From NCBI RefSeq assembly GCF_009914755.1, contig NC_060937.1: a stretch of 64,000 nucleotides of DNA; one strand, written 5' to 3'. Each line of letters begins with the position of its first letter. Position 1 is the first letter of the stretch. Under the pieces are notes generated by a model. That model was given only the letters and a program-made list of their open reading frames with translations. It ran no database searches and had not been told where the DNA came from. Positions 14,372 to 28,034 of this stretch are shown piece after piece. Source of the stretch: the human T2T-CHM13v2.0 reference genome, Homo sapiens. Position numbers and translations under genes: made by a program.

Positions 14372-16170
14372 TGCTATGGTTTGAATGATGGTATCCCCTT
14401 TGAAATTCATGTTTAAACCATAAACCTCAGTGCAACAGCATTAAGTAGTATGACCTTTGAGAGATGACTAAAATATGAGGGCTCTGCCCTTATAAATGAT
14501 ATTAGGCTAAAGAAAGCACTCTCTTGCCCTGGGTCTTCTTCACCATGTGAGGACACAGATTTCCTCCTGCCTGGAGGATTCAGCAAGAAGGCACCACGGT
14601 AGAAAAAGAAGACAGTCCTGATCAGACACCAATCAATCCTACAAACACCTTGATCTTGGACTTCCCAGCCTACAGAATCAAGAGAAATAGATTTCCATTT
14701 TTTTAAAATTACCCAGTCTGTGGTGTTTTGTTATAGCAGCACAAAGGAACTAAGACAAAATTTCATACAGAGAGGTGGGATTGTTGCTTTAGCAAATATC
14801 TGAAAATGTAGAAGTGGCTTTGTAACTTGGTAATGGGTAGAGGCTGGAAAAGTTTGGAGGTGCATACTGGAAAAAAAACACACAGATTGCCAAGAACAGA
14901 GCATTAAAGGCTATTCTGTTAAGGGCTCAGAAAAACACAAGAGCTGTAGAGAGAGCCTCAGTCACCTTAGTGATTATCCAAGTTGTCATGATCAGAATGC
15001 TGGTAGAAATATAAATAAAATGAAATAAATAAATAAATAAATAAAAGAAAAATAAATAAAAAATGCTTCTGATGCAGACTTAGACGTAAATAAGGAACAA
15101 GGTATTGGAAACTGGAGGAAAAGTCATTCTTGTTATAAAGTGGTGAGGAATGTGGATGAATTGTATCTATACCCTGTTGTTTTGTGGAAAGCAGAATTCC
15201 ACAATATCCTTAGCAATAAACTAGGATATTTGGCAGAAGAAATCTCTCAGCAAAGTGTTCAAGGTTCTGCATGATTTATTTTAACTGTTTACAGTAAACT
15301 ACTGTAAGATAAAAGATTTAAAGACAGAATTTATAATCAAAAGGGAAACAACATAAAGATTTAAAAATTTTTCAGTTTCGCTATGTAAAGAATTAAAAAG
15401 CATGCTTAGGGCTGGGTGTGGTGGTTTATGCTGGTAATCCCAGAACTTCGGGAGGCTGAAGCAGAAGGTTTGCTTGAGCCCAGGAGTTCAAGACCAGCCT
15501 GGGCAACACAGAGAGAACCTGTCTTCTAAAAAACAAAACAAAAACAAAAAATTAGCCAGGTGTGGTGGAATGCACCTTTAGTCCCAGCTACTCTGGAGGC
15601 TGAGAGGGGAGAATTACTTGAATCTGTGGGGTCAAGATTGCAGTGAGCTGCAGTCATACCACTGTACTATGGCCTGGGTGACAGAGTGAGACCCTGTCTC
15701 AGGAAAAGAAAAGAAAAGAAAAGAAAAGAAAAGAAAAGAAAAGAAAAGGAGAATGGAAAGAAAGAAAAGGAGAAGGGAAGGGAAGGAAAGAAAGAAAGAA
15801 AATAAAGAAAAGAAAGGAAAGAAAGAAAAGAAGAAAAAGAAGGAAAGGAAAAGGAAGAGGAAGAGGAAGAGGAAGGAAAGGAAAGGAAAGGAAAGGAAAG
15901 GAGGCATGCAAGCAAGCTTAGGAGAGAAAAACCAAGGCTGTGGCCAAGTGGTTATTTGATAAGGAAATTATCAATAGAAGGAAGCTAGATCAAGACAATG
16001 GGAGATTGACCATGAAGGCATTTGATGAGCTTGCAGGCTTGCCATGTCTATCACATGCCCACAGTGCTAGAGTCTTCAGGGAAGGACAGTTTCAAAAGAG
16101 GGGCCTTGGGCACCTAATGGACCTCAGTATTCAATGCTCTGTTCTGCCTTAAGTCTCTGCTCCCTGCATT
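14372..16170 (+). mobile_element. MSTD/MSTC-like LTR (14372-14757) plus MaLR internal region, interrupted by an Alu
   Basis: tgctatggtttgaatg ... ttgttatagcagcacaaaggaactaagaca, then internal-type gaaaatgtagaagtggctttgtaacttggtaatgggtagaggctgg. Confidence 0.85.
15410..15909 (+). mobile_element. AluJ with about 200-bp expanded (GAAAA)/(GGAAA) tail
   Basis: ttgcttgagcccaggagttcaagacc (J-type); TSD aagcatgcttag (15398-15409) / aagcaagcttag (15910-15921). Confidence 0.95.
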
Positions 16171-16353
16171 ATACCTCTTTATTATTACTATTTTATGAAT
16201 ACAGGCAATTTGCGTTTAATTCTATAACATTTACTTACTCAAAGAAAACTAAATTTATATAAATTGGAAATGCTTTGTAACTTGTTAAGAAATTAAACGA
16301 CTTTTTATGTAATTTACACGTAATTACAAATTGGCGAATACATACAATGTATG

Positions 16354-16829
16354 TGTGTCACGCAGAATAATGACTCCCTAAAGATGCCCATGGCTTAATC
16401 TCTGGAACCTGGGAATGTTTAGTTATGTGGCAAAGGGGGATGTTTGTGAATCAGTTGACATTAAGCAGGAAGAATATCCTGTATTATCCAGGTAGGCCCA
16501 GTATAATCCCAAGGTTTGTTAAAAGCGTAGAGGGTGACAGAGTCAAAATGAGGCACTAGGAGAAAGGCTCAACCTGCCATTGCTGGCTTTGAACAGAGGA
16601 GGAGGCCAGGAACCAAGGAAAAGTAGAGTCTCCAGAAACTGGAAAAAGCAAGAAAATGCATGCTTCTTTCTTGTCTCCAGAAAGAAATGCAGTCCTGCTG
16701 ACACCTTGATTTTAGTTCAGTGAGGTCCTTACTGGACTTCTAACCTGTGGAAATGTAAAATAACAAATATTTGTTTTAAGCTACTCAATTTGTGGTAATT
16801 TATTATATCAGCATTAGAAAATTCATTCA
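16354..16829 (+). mobile_element. MLT1D solo LTR
   Basis: gcagaataatgactccctaaagatgccc ... ctgccattgctggctttgaa ... tttgtggtaatttattat; 5-bp TSD gtatg/atatg. Confidence 0.88.
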
Positions 16830-17007
16830 ATATGCTTTATATAATATAGCATTATGCTTGTGTCTGCAATGTTTATATTTTTCTACATCATGAAGATCTC
16901 CATAAATGATAGCATACATTCTCTGCATGAACAGTGTGGCATATAGATAAGCTGTATTAACAGCTTCATTTAATAACTAAATTAACAACTTTTAAAACCA
17001 ATGTCCT

Positions 17008-17331
<324 letters not shown>

Positions 17332-18594
17332 TTAAAAACTGGTTCTTTCAATTGATTTCCAAATATTCTTCTGTAAAATATAATAAAAATATTTGTTGAT
17401 CATTCTGTCACCAGATTTAAATTATTCTATTTAAATTTTTGACACTCAAAAGTAGGTTTTTCAGGAAAAAAAGTTTAAAGATCTATTAGTTCCCGGAAGC
17501 CACAATTTTAATATATGAAATATTTAAAAGGAAAATGTAGGTTTTATAAGTATTAATTGATTTAATGATAATTGATATCTTGACAACAGAGGTGTTTTTC
17601 TCAGACAAAACATGAATATTTTTTGTCTTAATTGTCTAGAGAAATATATCTCACTGAACCATTGTAAATATTTTAATAGTAACTTTACTTCTACTTGGCT
17701 CTTGTGTATTAATGCTTGCTCCTACTCATTATTAGCCAAAATGATAATTCAACTCTTTCTAATGATCTCAAATGTGTCTGTAAGAGAATTGAGTGATTTG
17801 GTCTAAATAATTTGTCATTATCGGGTATAACTACAGAAACTCTGAAGAGACTTTTTCTTATCTGCTTGTGCCGTTATTAATCTTAAAATTTGCATAATAA
17901 AGAATATAATTAAATGAAAAAATATATCACCCTCTTGCATGATGATTGCTATAAGAAAACAATCAAGGGAAAACAAGTCTGATAAAAACAGAATGTCAAC
18001 AGTAAGGAGACAAAAATGGTGGGGGATAATTATCCATTCACAGATATATAAAATCAAGAAAGCAATGAGCAGATGGAAAAAAAGTCCAGCAAACAAGCTA
18101 AGAAAGCCTAAGTCCCAGAGATGTGCTCTGCCTCCATGGAGACAAATTATCATAACTTTCCTCTTAGATCTAAATGAAGGCATGATTTAATCTGTGAAGT
18201 TGTTTTTCTCTTAGACAACCTTAGGAAAAAAACTCACTTTTTAAATCTATCTTGTGGAACCAAAGGAGCTGACTTAGTGTTTTTCAACATTAAACTTAGA
18301 AAAATTTACTCTTGATATAAATGGAGATGGATATGACTTTAAATTCAACCTTTAGAGAGAACAAATTAAAAATGATCTATATTGTTTAAAATTGATCAGA
18401 ATTGATAAACTGATCCAAAAAACACATTTTGAATATGCAAAAGCAAACCGCTTTCTCAAATGACAATTCATTTGTAGGACCAGGAATTTACATTCTGTTA
18501 AGGGGATAACTGTACACCTTTACCCTGTTCAAAGAGGAATGGAAATAGTCTATTATGTAGTTAAGTAATCTCTGTCTGTTCCTGAAGATATGAT

Positions 18595-19160
18595 TGTCAA
18601 GCCCTCCCAACTCTGCTTTTATATCTGAGTCACTCTCCTTTTTTATAGCTGTGATTGTCTTAGCACATCCTCAACTCTTCTTGTATGAATTAATCTAGTA
18701 ACTTCCTAATTAATCTTTCTGCCTGCTCTTACCCCCTCTGAAATCCAGTTTTCACACTGATTTCAGAATAATCTTTCCAGAGACAAATCTAAACTTTTAT
18801 TCGCCATGCTGAGAGTCCAAGGATGGGTCTCATCACCATCAACTTTCACCCAAACACTGTGGCAGACTCATATAAAATCCTGAATCAAATAACTCCTTTC
18901 AATATTTCCCATACACTTTCCACACTGGCCTTCCGTGCATCACACTTGTATTTCCATATTACCATTCTATTTAGTGCATTCAGTCACTTAACAAACACTT
19001 ATTGAACATATTCTCTAGTAGCTCCATATCTTTGACATGCTCTTGGTTCTGAAGCATGTGCTCTTCCTTTTGTTTGACTGGTATGTTCTCCATACTCATT
19101 TCTGCCTCCAGGGAGAGGGGCTTCATAAGCTCATGATGGAACTTAAATTTCAGGGTACAG
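18595..19160 (+). mobile_element. L2 fragments
   Basis: aacttcctaattaatctttctgcc..ccccctctgaaatccagttttcacactg..aataatctttc. Confidence 0.6.
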
Positions 19161-19374
19161 CTGTGCAACTCTATATGACATACTGAACATTTTGTGGTAC
19201 CTAACGAGCCCACACACCCACCTGCCTTTTCTGAAAACTACCTGTCAAATTGAGCCATGGCAACCAGCAATTGCATAATACCGGGTCTTGCCTCCAAATT
19301 CCTACATTTAATTGGACTACGGGTAGATTCCTTATCCATGATTTAAACCAATAAAATTTTCTGTCCCCAAAATT

Positions 19375-19512
19375 GTAATTCTGACTTACTTATTGTGGCT
19401 TTAATTTCTTCATCTATAAAATGAGAGCACAAATAATGATTTATCAGATTCATTATAGGACTTAGATAAGAAATGGAAAGTAACTAACAAAGAGTAGGTA
19501 ATACGTAAATGG
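19375..19512 (+). mobile_element. MIR
   Basis: Core tttcttcatctataaaatgag. Confidence 0.65.
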
Positions 19513-19792
19513 TCCCTGACTAATGTCTGTTGGTTTTACTTACCTTACTTGTGGTTTCATCTGATGAGAAAATTATGTTTAAGGACTTTGCAAATTAAGT
19601 GGTATGCCAGTAGCTACGGTTTTCTAATATATATCCATAATTTCCAAACCAATATATGTTAATTCTTGTGACTAAAGTATACAATATTTTAGGCCACAGG
19701 CCAAGAAGAGCCATCAGAAAACCCCAGTATACATTCTTGTGATGTATATTATAAAACTGTCATAAGAGTTTAACCATGAAACCTCAAATACA

Positions 19793-19917
19793 TATTATAA
19801 ATATATATAAGTATATATATTTATATATGTATATATTTAAATATATTTATAATATATATTTTCACATATTTAATATATATCTCATATGTATGTGTGTGTG
19901 TGTGTCTGTATGTGTGT
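19793..19917. repeat. (TA)-rich low-complexity tract plus (TG)n
   Basis: Direct reading. Confidence 0.9.
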
Positions 19918-20639
19918 AAAACTGTAATTTTTCTTATATTCCCAAATGTTCTAGGGTATGAATTTGTTCCCTTTGGTTCTAAACAGAACTTTGGTGATAA
20001 AAGCTTAAAATAATTATCCAAAATGTTATAAAATGAACTGTTAATACAGTAGTTAGGAAGTTGCCTCAATTTTTTAATTCTTTTATTCTTGCATTAGAAA
20101 ACATAAAGAGAAGGCTTCGGAAAGCTTGCATCCAGAAAAGGGAAGTCAATTTCCTACACCACACTTATCTTGTTCACTTTCTTATAATTTATATTCCCAG
20201 AGCCAGCAGGAATTTATTTTTTTCTCATCCTCAACGACAAAGAGTTAGCAGTCTTCAAGATGCAGAAGTGGGTCAAACTAGGATAAAGAAAATAAATCAC
20301 AGTTCAAGGTCTATGAAGACCCTGGCTCTGTTTCTTCAGAAAAGGAAGAAGTTCATAAAACATCAGACCAGAAGGTATAAGTAAATATTAGGAAACTGAT
20401 ACAAGATGTTGATGCAAGTTTAATACTTGAATTATACATAGCTTCCAGAGGCTTCAGTATGAAATGTGACATTTTCACTAGGAAGAGCAATTATTACATA
20501 ATATAATTGTATAGAAATCCTGTAAGACATTGCCATTTACTAAAATATTTGGAAGAAAACTGAGAAAAGAGGCAGCAGCCACAACAACAAAAAAAGATGA
20601 TGGTTGAAAAAAAGTATAAAAATATCTTTCAGTTTTACT

Positions 20640-21100
20640 TTAATTTTATTTATTTTTGAATAAGCAGAGCTGTCACATGGTTCAAAATTCAAAAGATTGC
20701 ATTGAAAAGACTCCATGCCACCCTTGGCCCTCAACCACTCAAGTCCCATCTGCAAAAACAACCAATGTTACCAATTTCTCATGTGCTATTCTAGAAATAT
20801 TTTCTGTTTATATAAGCAAATATGCTCCTATAATTTTTATTCCCCCTCTTTTAGATAAATAATATTTTATTTTAGCATTTCATAAAACTCTTCTGCTCCT
20901 TGCTTTCTTCACTTGGCAAAAATCACTCCGTAATATTACAGTAAGTTTTAGCATTTCATAAAACTCTTCTGCTCCTTGCTTTCTTCACTTGGCAAAAATC
21001 ACTCCATAATATTACAGTAAGTGTTTCCTCCTACTTTGAAATCTGAAGCATATGCCATTCACAAATGTACAATAATTTTATTTGTCCAATGAATGAAATA
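20640..21100 (-). mobile_element. L1ME 3' fragment containing a 76-bp tandem duplication
   Basis: cacatggttcaaaattcaaaa..aaccaatgttaccaatttctcatgtgctattctagaaatattttct. Confidence 0.7.
20870..21021. repeat. 76-bp tandem duplication, 1 mismatch
   Basis: Units 20870-20945 and 20946-21021 differ only at ccg/cca (20930/21006). Confidence 0.97.
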
Positions 21101-21809
21101 CTTCTGACTTTTCACTCTAGCCTTTCAACGCACATCTCCTCAAAAAAGATGTGAAACGAATTTGCTGATCGGCCCTAGAAAGCCAGTTTCATGCTCACAC
21201 TGGGGTCATCTACTCCACAGGACTAGGTTAGGGGAGGTGAGAGGATGCCCAGCCTCCTCCTCTAAACTCATTGCTTCAGGAATGGCACATTTTCCCCCAT
21301 CTTACATATTATTTTTTCTGCCTATTCACAAAGTAATTAAGCTCATTAAGATGGTTTGTGGAAGCTCCCCCAAAATCAAATCTACTCACATGAATTATTA
21401 AATTTTTTCTTCCTACAGAAGAGAACAGTAAATGCAGTTTCAACTGATGGTACAGCTTTTCTGAAAAATAACTGATTCCATTTTGAGATACAAAAAGTTA
21501 TAGAGATATTTTCATGATGGTATTTGTATTTTAACACTATCTCAAATTAGACATCCTGGTTTTAATTTGGAAGACACACATATATTTCTCCTATTTTCTG
21601 ATATACTCTAGTTCACAATTGGCAAAAAAAAAGATTAAATCAATTGCCTATGCAAATGGGAACATAAAAAAACCTATTGGAATAAGACTTTGGGAGAAAC
21701 CATTTCTTTTTGGTAACTTATAAGCATCTCCTTAAACTACTCTGCTAGATATTATTAAATAGTTATGTTTTATAAGAAAAATATAATTTAATAAGTAAAG
21801 AACGTCAAT

Positions 21810-22290
<481 letters not shown>

Positions 22291-23499
22291 CGGACAGAGA
22301 ATTGTCGATAGCAGGTCTTGAACCCCAAACTATCATTTTCTCTAACTTAGATTCTAATTTGGCTAATTGAAATTCTTATTATTATGAGGTATAACTAATT
22401 ATAATGTTGCTACCTCAAATTCAGGTATTTCCCATTTTGTAGTATAGAAATTAATTTAAATATTTCAAGAGCACTTATTATATGTAAGGTAACTTGCTGG
22501 ATATTCAGGAGGCAATATATGGACTAAAGTCATGGCCAAATCTTTAAGCGCTCATTATTGGCTTGCTGTCAGGCCTGCTTTACAACTGTGTACTCCACTA
22601 ATCAATCAATTCAATTCATTGCATATTGCTTCCACCATGTTTTCAGACTGGGATTAGAGAAATTAATTACCATTAATGATAATGGAATTGGTGAGAGGAT
22701 TTCTTTTTTTATGTCTATTAAGAATCAAATATCTCAAAATTACACAGTAATATCCAACAAGGAGTATTTTTAAAAAATACATTGTATTAGAAAGGAGGCA
22801 TTGGGAAATCAAGAAAAAAGCATCATCTTGGTTAATAATTCACCTGGATTCAGCTCCATCCCTAGGCTTAATGGACTCAGTTTTATCAACCGAATTGGAA
22901 ACAATATGCACCCCCTTCCCTTTTTTTCTACCTACTGGTACTCGAAGCCTTGCATGTGCACAGTAAGTAGATGGTACTCTCATGTCCTTTTCTCTAGATG
23001 CTGCATAACTGAGCCTTGGTGCACAGCTTGGTAAATATACAGGCTCTCCTGCATATTGCACAGTCTATGCAACTGAACACACTGGCCTTATCTAAATCAA
23101 GTTTAAATTCTGATACAAGCTGTATGATCTAGACTTAGGCAGTAAGTATCTCTCATCCTCACTTTATTCTTCTGCAAAAGAAGTTAGGTAGATTATTTGA
23201 GTCCCCATACTCCTTATATAGCTCTAACTTATGTAAGCTACAAAGTATCTCAAAGCACAAGTGGATTAAATGAGTGCTGACAATAGCTTGAACACTGCCT
23301 GTCAAGGAACATAAAAGCAAAATCATATGTATGTTGGGAGGGTATAACTCAAAGTTAAATAGTGACTTTCCCTGTGTGGCGAATTTACAGGTGACTCCAA
23401 ATTGTGTTTCTATATGTAGATGATGTATATACTAAATTTACATGTAGTATATTGGGTTTCTCAATATTATGATTGGAAAAATTAATTACTTTTAACAAA

Positions 23500-23800
23500 A
23501 TAGGTGTCAATAAGTATAATGAAAGAGGTAAGAGAACACTGGAAAGGAAGTAACTATCACAGGTGACACTGAGCTTGGTCTTGAAAAAAAAATAGGAGGT
23601 AAAGAAATAAAGAAAGGAGCATTTTAGGAAATAAAAGCCTAGGTCAAGATAAAGGGTGAAATGTGCATTATTTAGGCAAGTCAAGAAGTTCAATGTGTAA
23701 CACACTAGGGAGTGAGAGGGCCAATATGGGAGAGGTCACAGCTGAGACTTGATAAGAAATTGCAGTGTGTCTTTGAAAAGCAGTTGCGTTATGGATAGAG
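23500..23800 (-). mobile_element. L2 fragment
   Basis: aggtgacactgagcttggtcttgaa..taggag..agcattttagga. Confidence 0.55.
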
Positions 23801-23871
23801 AATGTGACAGAAGTTTCGCAAAGATTTTCAGACAGAGTTTTCTGCTTACATAGTGTTTCCTTCTTGCTTAC

Positions 23872-23901
23872 ATCTTCCCTTCTAGCTGTTAGTTTCTTCA
23901 T
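23872..23901 (-). ncRNA. Candidate 30-nt internal exon (52 nt with the second donor at 23850)
   Basis: Minus: ..ccttctcaaacatctcatgatttctccag|ATGAAGAAACTAACAGCTAGAAGGGAAGAT|gtaagc; a second TAT|gtaagc lies 22 nt further. Confidence 0.3.
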
Positions 23902-25132
23902 CTGGAGAAATCATGAGATGTTTGAGAAGGCAGCAAAGAGAATGGAAAGACAAAAAGTAAACTTTCCTTAACCAATTCACTCTTGCGTGTAGGTGGCTTT
24001 GTCACTTTTCTAGGTGTTTTGAAAGAGGAACATGGGGTGAGGGAAGCCTTTAACAAAGAGATCGTTTCATATATTGTGAAATTTTAGTTTCCATTGGTGG
24101 TTATGGCAAAATTGCATCATCTAGTCAATCACCTGTTATCATCACCTTGAAAACTGACTCACACTTTATGTAACATTGGCAATGATGTATACATATCTAC
24201 AAAGAGGATATTTCAGTATTTAATCTTAATGACTAGGATAAGCTAACTTTGTTAGAAGTACAATGATGATATTTTTATTTTAATGTTTAACATCACTGTA
24301 GGAATTCTAGGCAGCTATTAACAGGAAGTATGGCATGACCCTAAGAGACACTGACCCATGTTATTTCTGTTTTAAAACTTTCACATTGATTGGGGTGGCC
24401 TCAGGGGTCTCCAATAATTTAAATCCTACACATTCCATTTATGTGACAAACACCTACTGTTTTAGAGAATCTCAAGCACAGTTGTGACAGGTGGCCATGT
24501 AATTCAAACAAGCTATGGTAGTTTTTAGGTCAAACAATGCAGATTAACTTTCTTAGAGTCTCTCTTAACACAGTTGTTGCTTTCTTTTTATTGCCTAAGC
24601 TTTACCTATAGAAACTATTTTTGTTTATTTTATGCAAGTGTACCTTGAGGCAACAGCAACAGGGAGGGTTAAATCTTTACTTTTCACTGTCAAAACTGAT
24701 AGCCTGTATAACACCCAGTTTTTTTTTTTTTTTTCAAGTGACATTCAATCCATATCTTCTCCACCATGCAGTTAGGAACTTCATAGAGTGGACAAAGATG
24801 GCCAACCTGGATTGTGATGCATAGAGTTGACACAGGTGGCCAAACTGGATCGAGGGCAGGTGGAACAGAGTTCAAATTTAAACAATATCAACTAGAATGT
24901 TCTTCACATACTTAACAATTTTATTTGAAATAGTTATTTTGAGAGTATTTAGATGTTAAAAAGGGACAAGCAGGTTATAACAGTGTTTGCTAATTAGCAG
25001 AACTGACAGAAGAGATATATTATTTTAATTCATTTTGAGCAGTTTATTTGCTAAAGGGTCAAATGATAATTTTTTTCTGCAAGTGAACTCTACAATGTAA
25101 GGATAGAGATAACTAGGATGGCACTTAAGAAT

Positions 25133-25235
25133 TAGGGTAACCAGCTCATTTTGGTTCTCTAGGACTTTTCTAGTTTTATCACAATCCCACATTTAGGGAC
25201 ACCCACTGAGTCCTAAACAAACTGGGGTACTCATT
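25133..25235 (+). mobile_element. hAT-Blackjack MITE (MER81/MER94-like)
   Basis: tagggtaaccagctc..ggtt..taggact start and gtcctaaacaaactgggg end. Confidence 0.6.
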
Positions 25236-25793
25236 CCTTTTTTCCTTTCTCTTCCCTGTTTTTACCTTCTTCTACATAGTTCATAACAGTCTAACCAATG
25301 CACAATACATTTAATCAATCAATAAGTAACTGAGTTGTATTTTGTTTTTGAACATCTGCATTAAGCATAGGTTCAGGGTACACTGTGATACCCATTCACC
25401 AAGACCCTTTGAAGTATCAGTTCAAAGAGTTGTTGGCCTTTTTCTGCTAAATGTAGAAGCTATTTTTCACCCTGAGAAACTCAAATCTGCAAATGAGTAA
25501 CTTCGAGCATAAACTAATGAATCTGCAAGATGATAACTGCCAAATTGCTCGGCAGCATGCTAGAAGGCTACTTAACAAGAAACTACTATGAGTTCTTGCT
25601 GAGCCGACTTATCAGGACTTTTAAAAATGGAAGTGCCTAAAGACAACCTTTCTGGACCTGTTATAGCAAAGCCTTATTACTACAATATTTGTGTGCTATT
25701 TTTCATGCTGGGCTCCAGGAAGGGTGCTCTGAAGACGGTGAGGAAATCTCTCTCTGTCAGTGGACGAAGGCATGTAACTTTCCTAAATCCTAC

Positions 25794-25923
25794 CTCCAGG
25801 TTGAAGTTGACAGGAAAATCTGCAGAAAAGTTACCATTTTATCTGGGGAGCTGCAGCATTTCAGGAGACTATAATAGTTTTCAGTACGAATTTACAGCAC
25901 AGCAGCCATCAGATATAGATAAC
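25794..25923 (-). ncRNA. Candidate exon (alternative acceptor at 25968)
   Basis: Minus: cttcctggacccctaccag|GTT ... CCTGGAG|gtagga; alternative tgtcttgcttatagtttttcag|; unique sequence. Confidence 0.25.
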
Positions 25924-27026
25924 CTGGTAGGGGTCCAGGAAGTTCAGTTATTCTGAATATCTAGGGTGCTGAAAAACTATAAGCAAGACAAGCACAGATA
26001 TTGTTCCTTGGGTGACTTATGCTGACAGAATTTGCTTTTTTTATTTCCAGTGTCAAATCAGTAAAAGGGCATTTATTGCAGTGTGGGGAGAAAAAATCAA
26101 AACAGTTCTAGAGTCAACAAACTTGAAAGCCTTCATTTTTTAGACTCATCTGTTACAGCTCATAAAAAAGTACGGTTTCTTTGAAGAGTAATAAGCCATA
26201 TTAATGCTATAGGGGGATGCTTTTGCATATGTAAAGCAAATGTTCCCATGAAAACAAATCTAGGAGACTAAGGTAAACTTTGCTTCAATATATTTAAAGT
26301 AAAAAATAATAATAATAACAAGGGCAAATGGTGCATTTATTCAGGGCTCCTCTCCTTTGCTGTGGAAAACTTTCAGTTCAAACAATTGGGCTCTAAAATG
26401 AGCAAACTATTTTAAGTAGTTAATTACCAAGCTGAATGAGAAACATACCCTCACCTCTCACACCCCAAAAAGTTCTCACACTTCGTGATTTCAACTGTGC
26501 AAAAAGATTTCAAAACAAACTCGTGTTTTGCTTTGACCCTTAAAAAATTCTTTTAAACTCTTCTCCTTTTAAAAAATTCTACAAAATCAGCTTTCAAAAA
26601 GATTGTGTTGGTAGTTGTTGGGATGGGATTATACCAATCCCAGCAAGGTAATATAGTAGGTTTCAGTTGTAGAAGATGATTAGAAGTAGTCTGTATTGAT
26701 CCTGGACTATAATTTGGAGGGTGTTTTCCCCCTTCTTAATCCTCCACTTTAGTTTGTTTTCTAGTAGCTTGCTTCTAATTCTTAGAAGCAGAGTGTAGAA
26801 AAAATTAATGTTAATTAAATGTCTCATATTAGTTAATCAATGTTTCACTGAAAAGACCTTTAACAGAACTGACAGGATTCCGTATTTTTATTGTTGTAAA
26901 AATTGCTTTAAAAAAGAAACAGGGAGTAGTATCATTTTCTTTAGGTAAATTTTTTCCTTTTATTATGGCATTGATATCTCTTATATTTCTGATATACATT
27001 TTTAAATATTGTAAGAAATATCTTTT

Positions 27027-27270
27027 GTTTGTTTATTTGTTTTTTGAGACTTTGTTTTGCTTTGTCGCCCAGCCTCCCAAGTAGCTGGGATTACAGGAGC
27101 ATGCCACCTGGCTTTTTTTTATTTAATTTAATTTTTTATTTTTTATTTTTAGTAGAGACAGAGTTTCACCATGTTGCTTGGACTGGTCTCAAACTCCTGA
27201 CCTCAGGTGATCCACCTGCCTTGGCCTCCCAAAATGCTGGGATTACAGGGTTGAGTCACTATGCCCAGCC
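27027..27270 (-). mobile_element. AluS with about 74-bp internal deletion in the right arm
   Basis: gtcgcccag joined directly to cctcccaagtagc; 13-bp TSD agaaatatctttt at 27014-27026 and 27271-27283. Confidence 0.95.
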
Positions 27271-28034
27271 AGAAATATCTTTTATAGTTTAGGATTGTTA
27301 GGGGATAATGTTGAGAACTGCATTAAAAGTTACTCTGCATTATTGTATCTTAATAATGGTTGAAAATGTAAAATAGTTATAAGTGCAACATTAATGACTT
27401 ATAACCATTAGCTGGAAGATATCCAGAGAAACATGGAGAACTTAAATTTGAAGTTAGAATAAAAAGTATCACTCAGATAACTTTAAACAATTACACACAT
27501 GAACTCTGTAGCCACTTTGTGCTCTCTGATCTTGAACGGTTTCATGGTCTATGATTTACTTTATAAACTGTGATCAAAGTATAAAGCATTAGCCATCCAT
27601 CTGTCAGAAATATTGTAGAAGGCAGCACAGTAGATTAGCATACATATATTTTAAAACACCCTATGATAACAAATTGAGATAGTATAAAAAGTTAACACAC
27701 AGTTGAGGACGTACAGGTATTGAGAAATTCAGAGGCTGTGGCAAGTAGCAAATAAGTAAGCTCCAAATTTTCCTAAAAATGAAAGTATTCCATGTACATT
27801 ATAAAAATACACCACACACACCCAGTTAAATAATTTTTCTCATTCCTGAAGGTATACATGTGTTCAATCTTATTGTTACTATTGCAAAGTGATTTTTATT
27901 TTGCTATTCCTTCTGTAAATATTAGCTTTAAATATTTTATTTTTATATTTCTGTTTTGGATTGTATTTTCATTTTTATCAGCCTATTTTACTTACATTTG
28001 GATTTTCAAGTTTTAAATTAAATGCATTTATCCT

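Noticed and set aside
15632-15959. F/S/L-rich and K/R/E-rich ORFs of 68-91 aa
   Set aside because: Translations of the Alu-tail polypurine microsatellite.
26020-26060. Strong plus-strand acceptor (gctgac..tttttatttccag); others near 36823, 49291 and 49393
   Set aside because: No strong paired donor or coherent frame; expected by chance in T-rich DNA.
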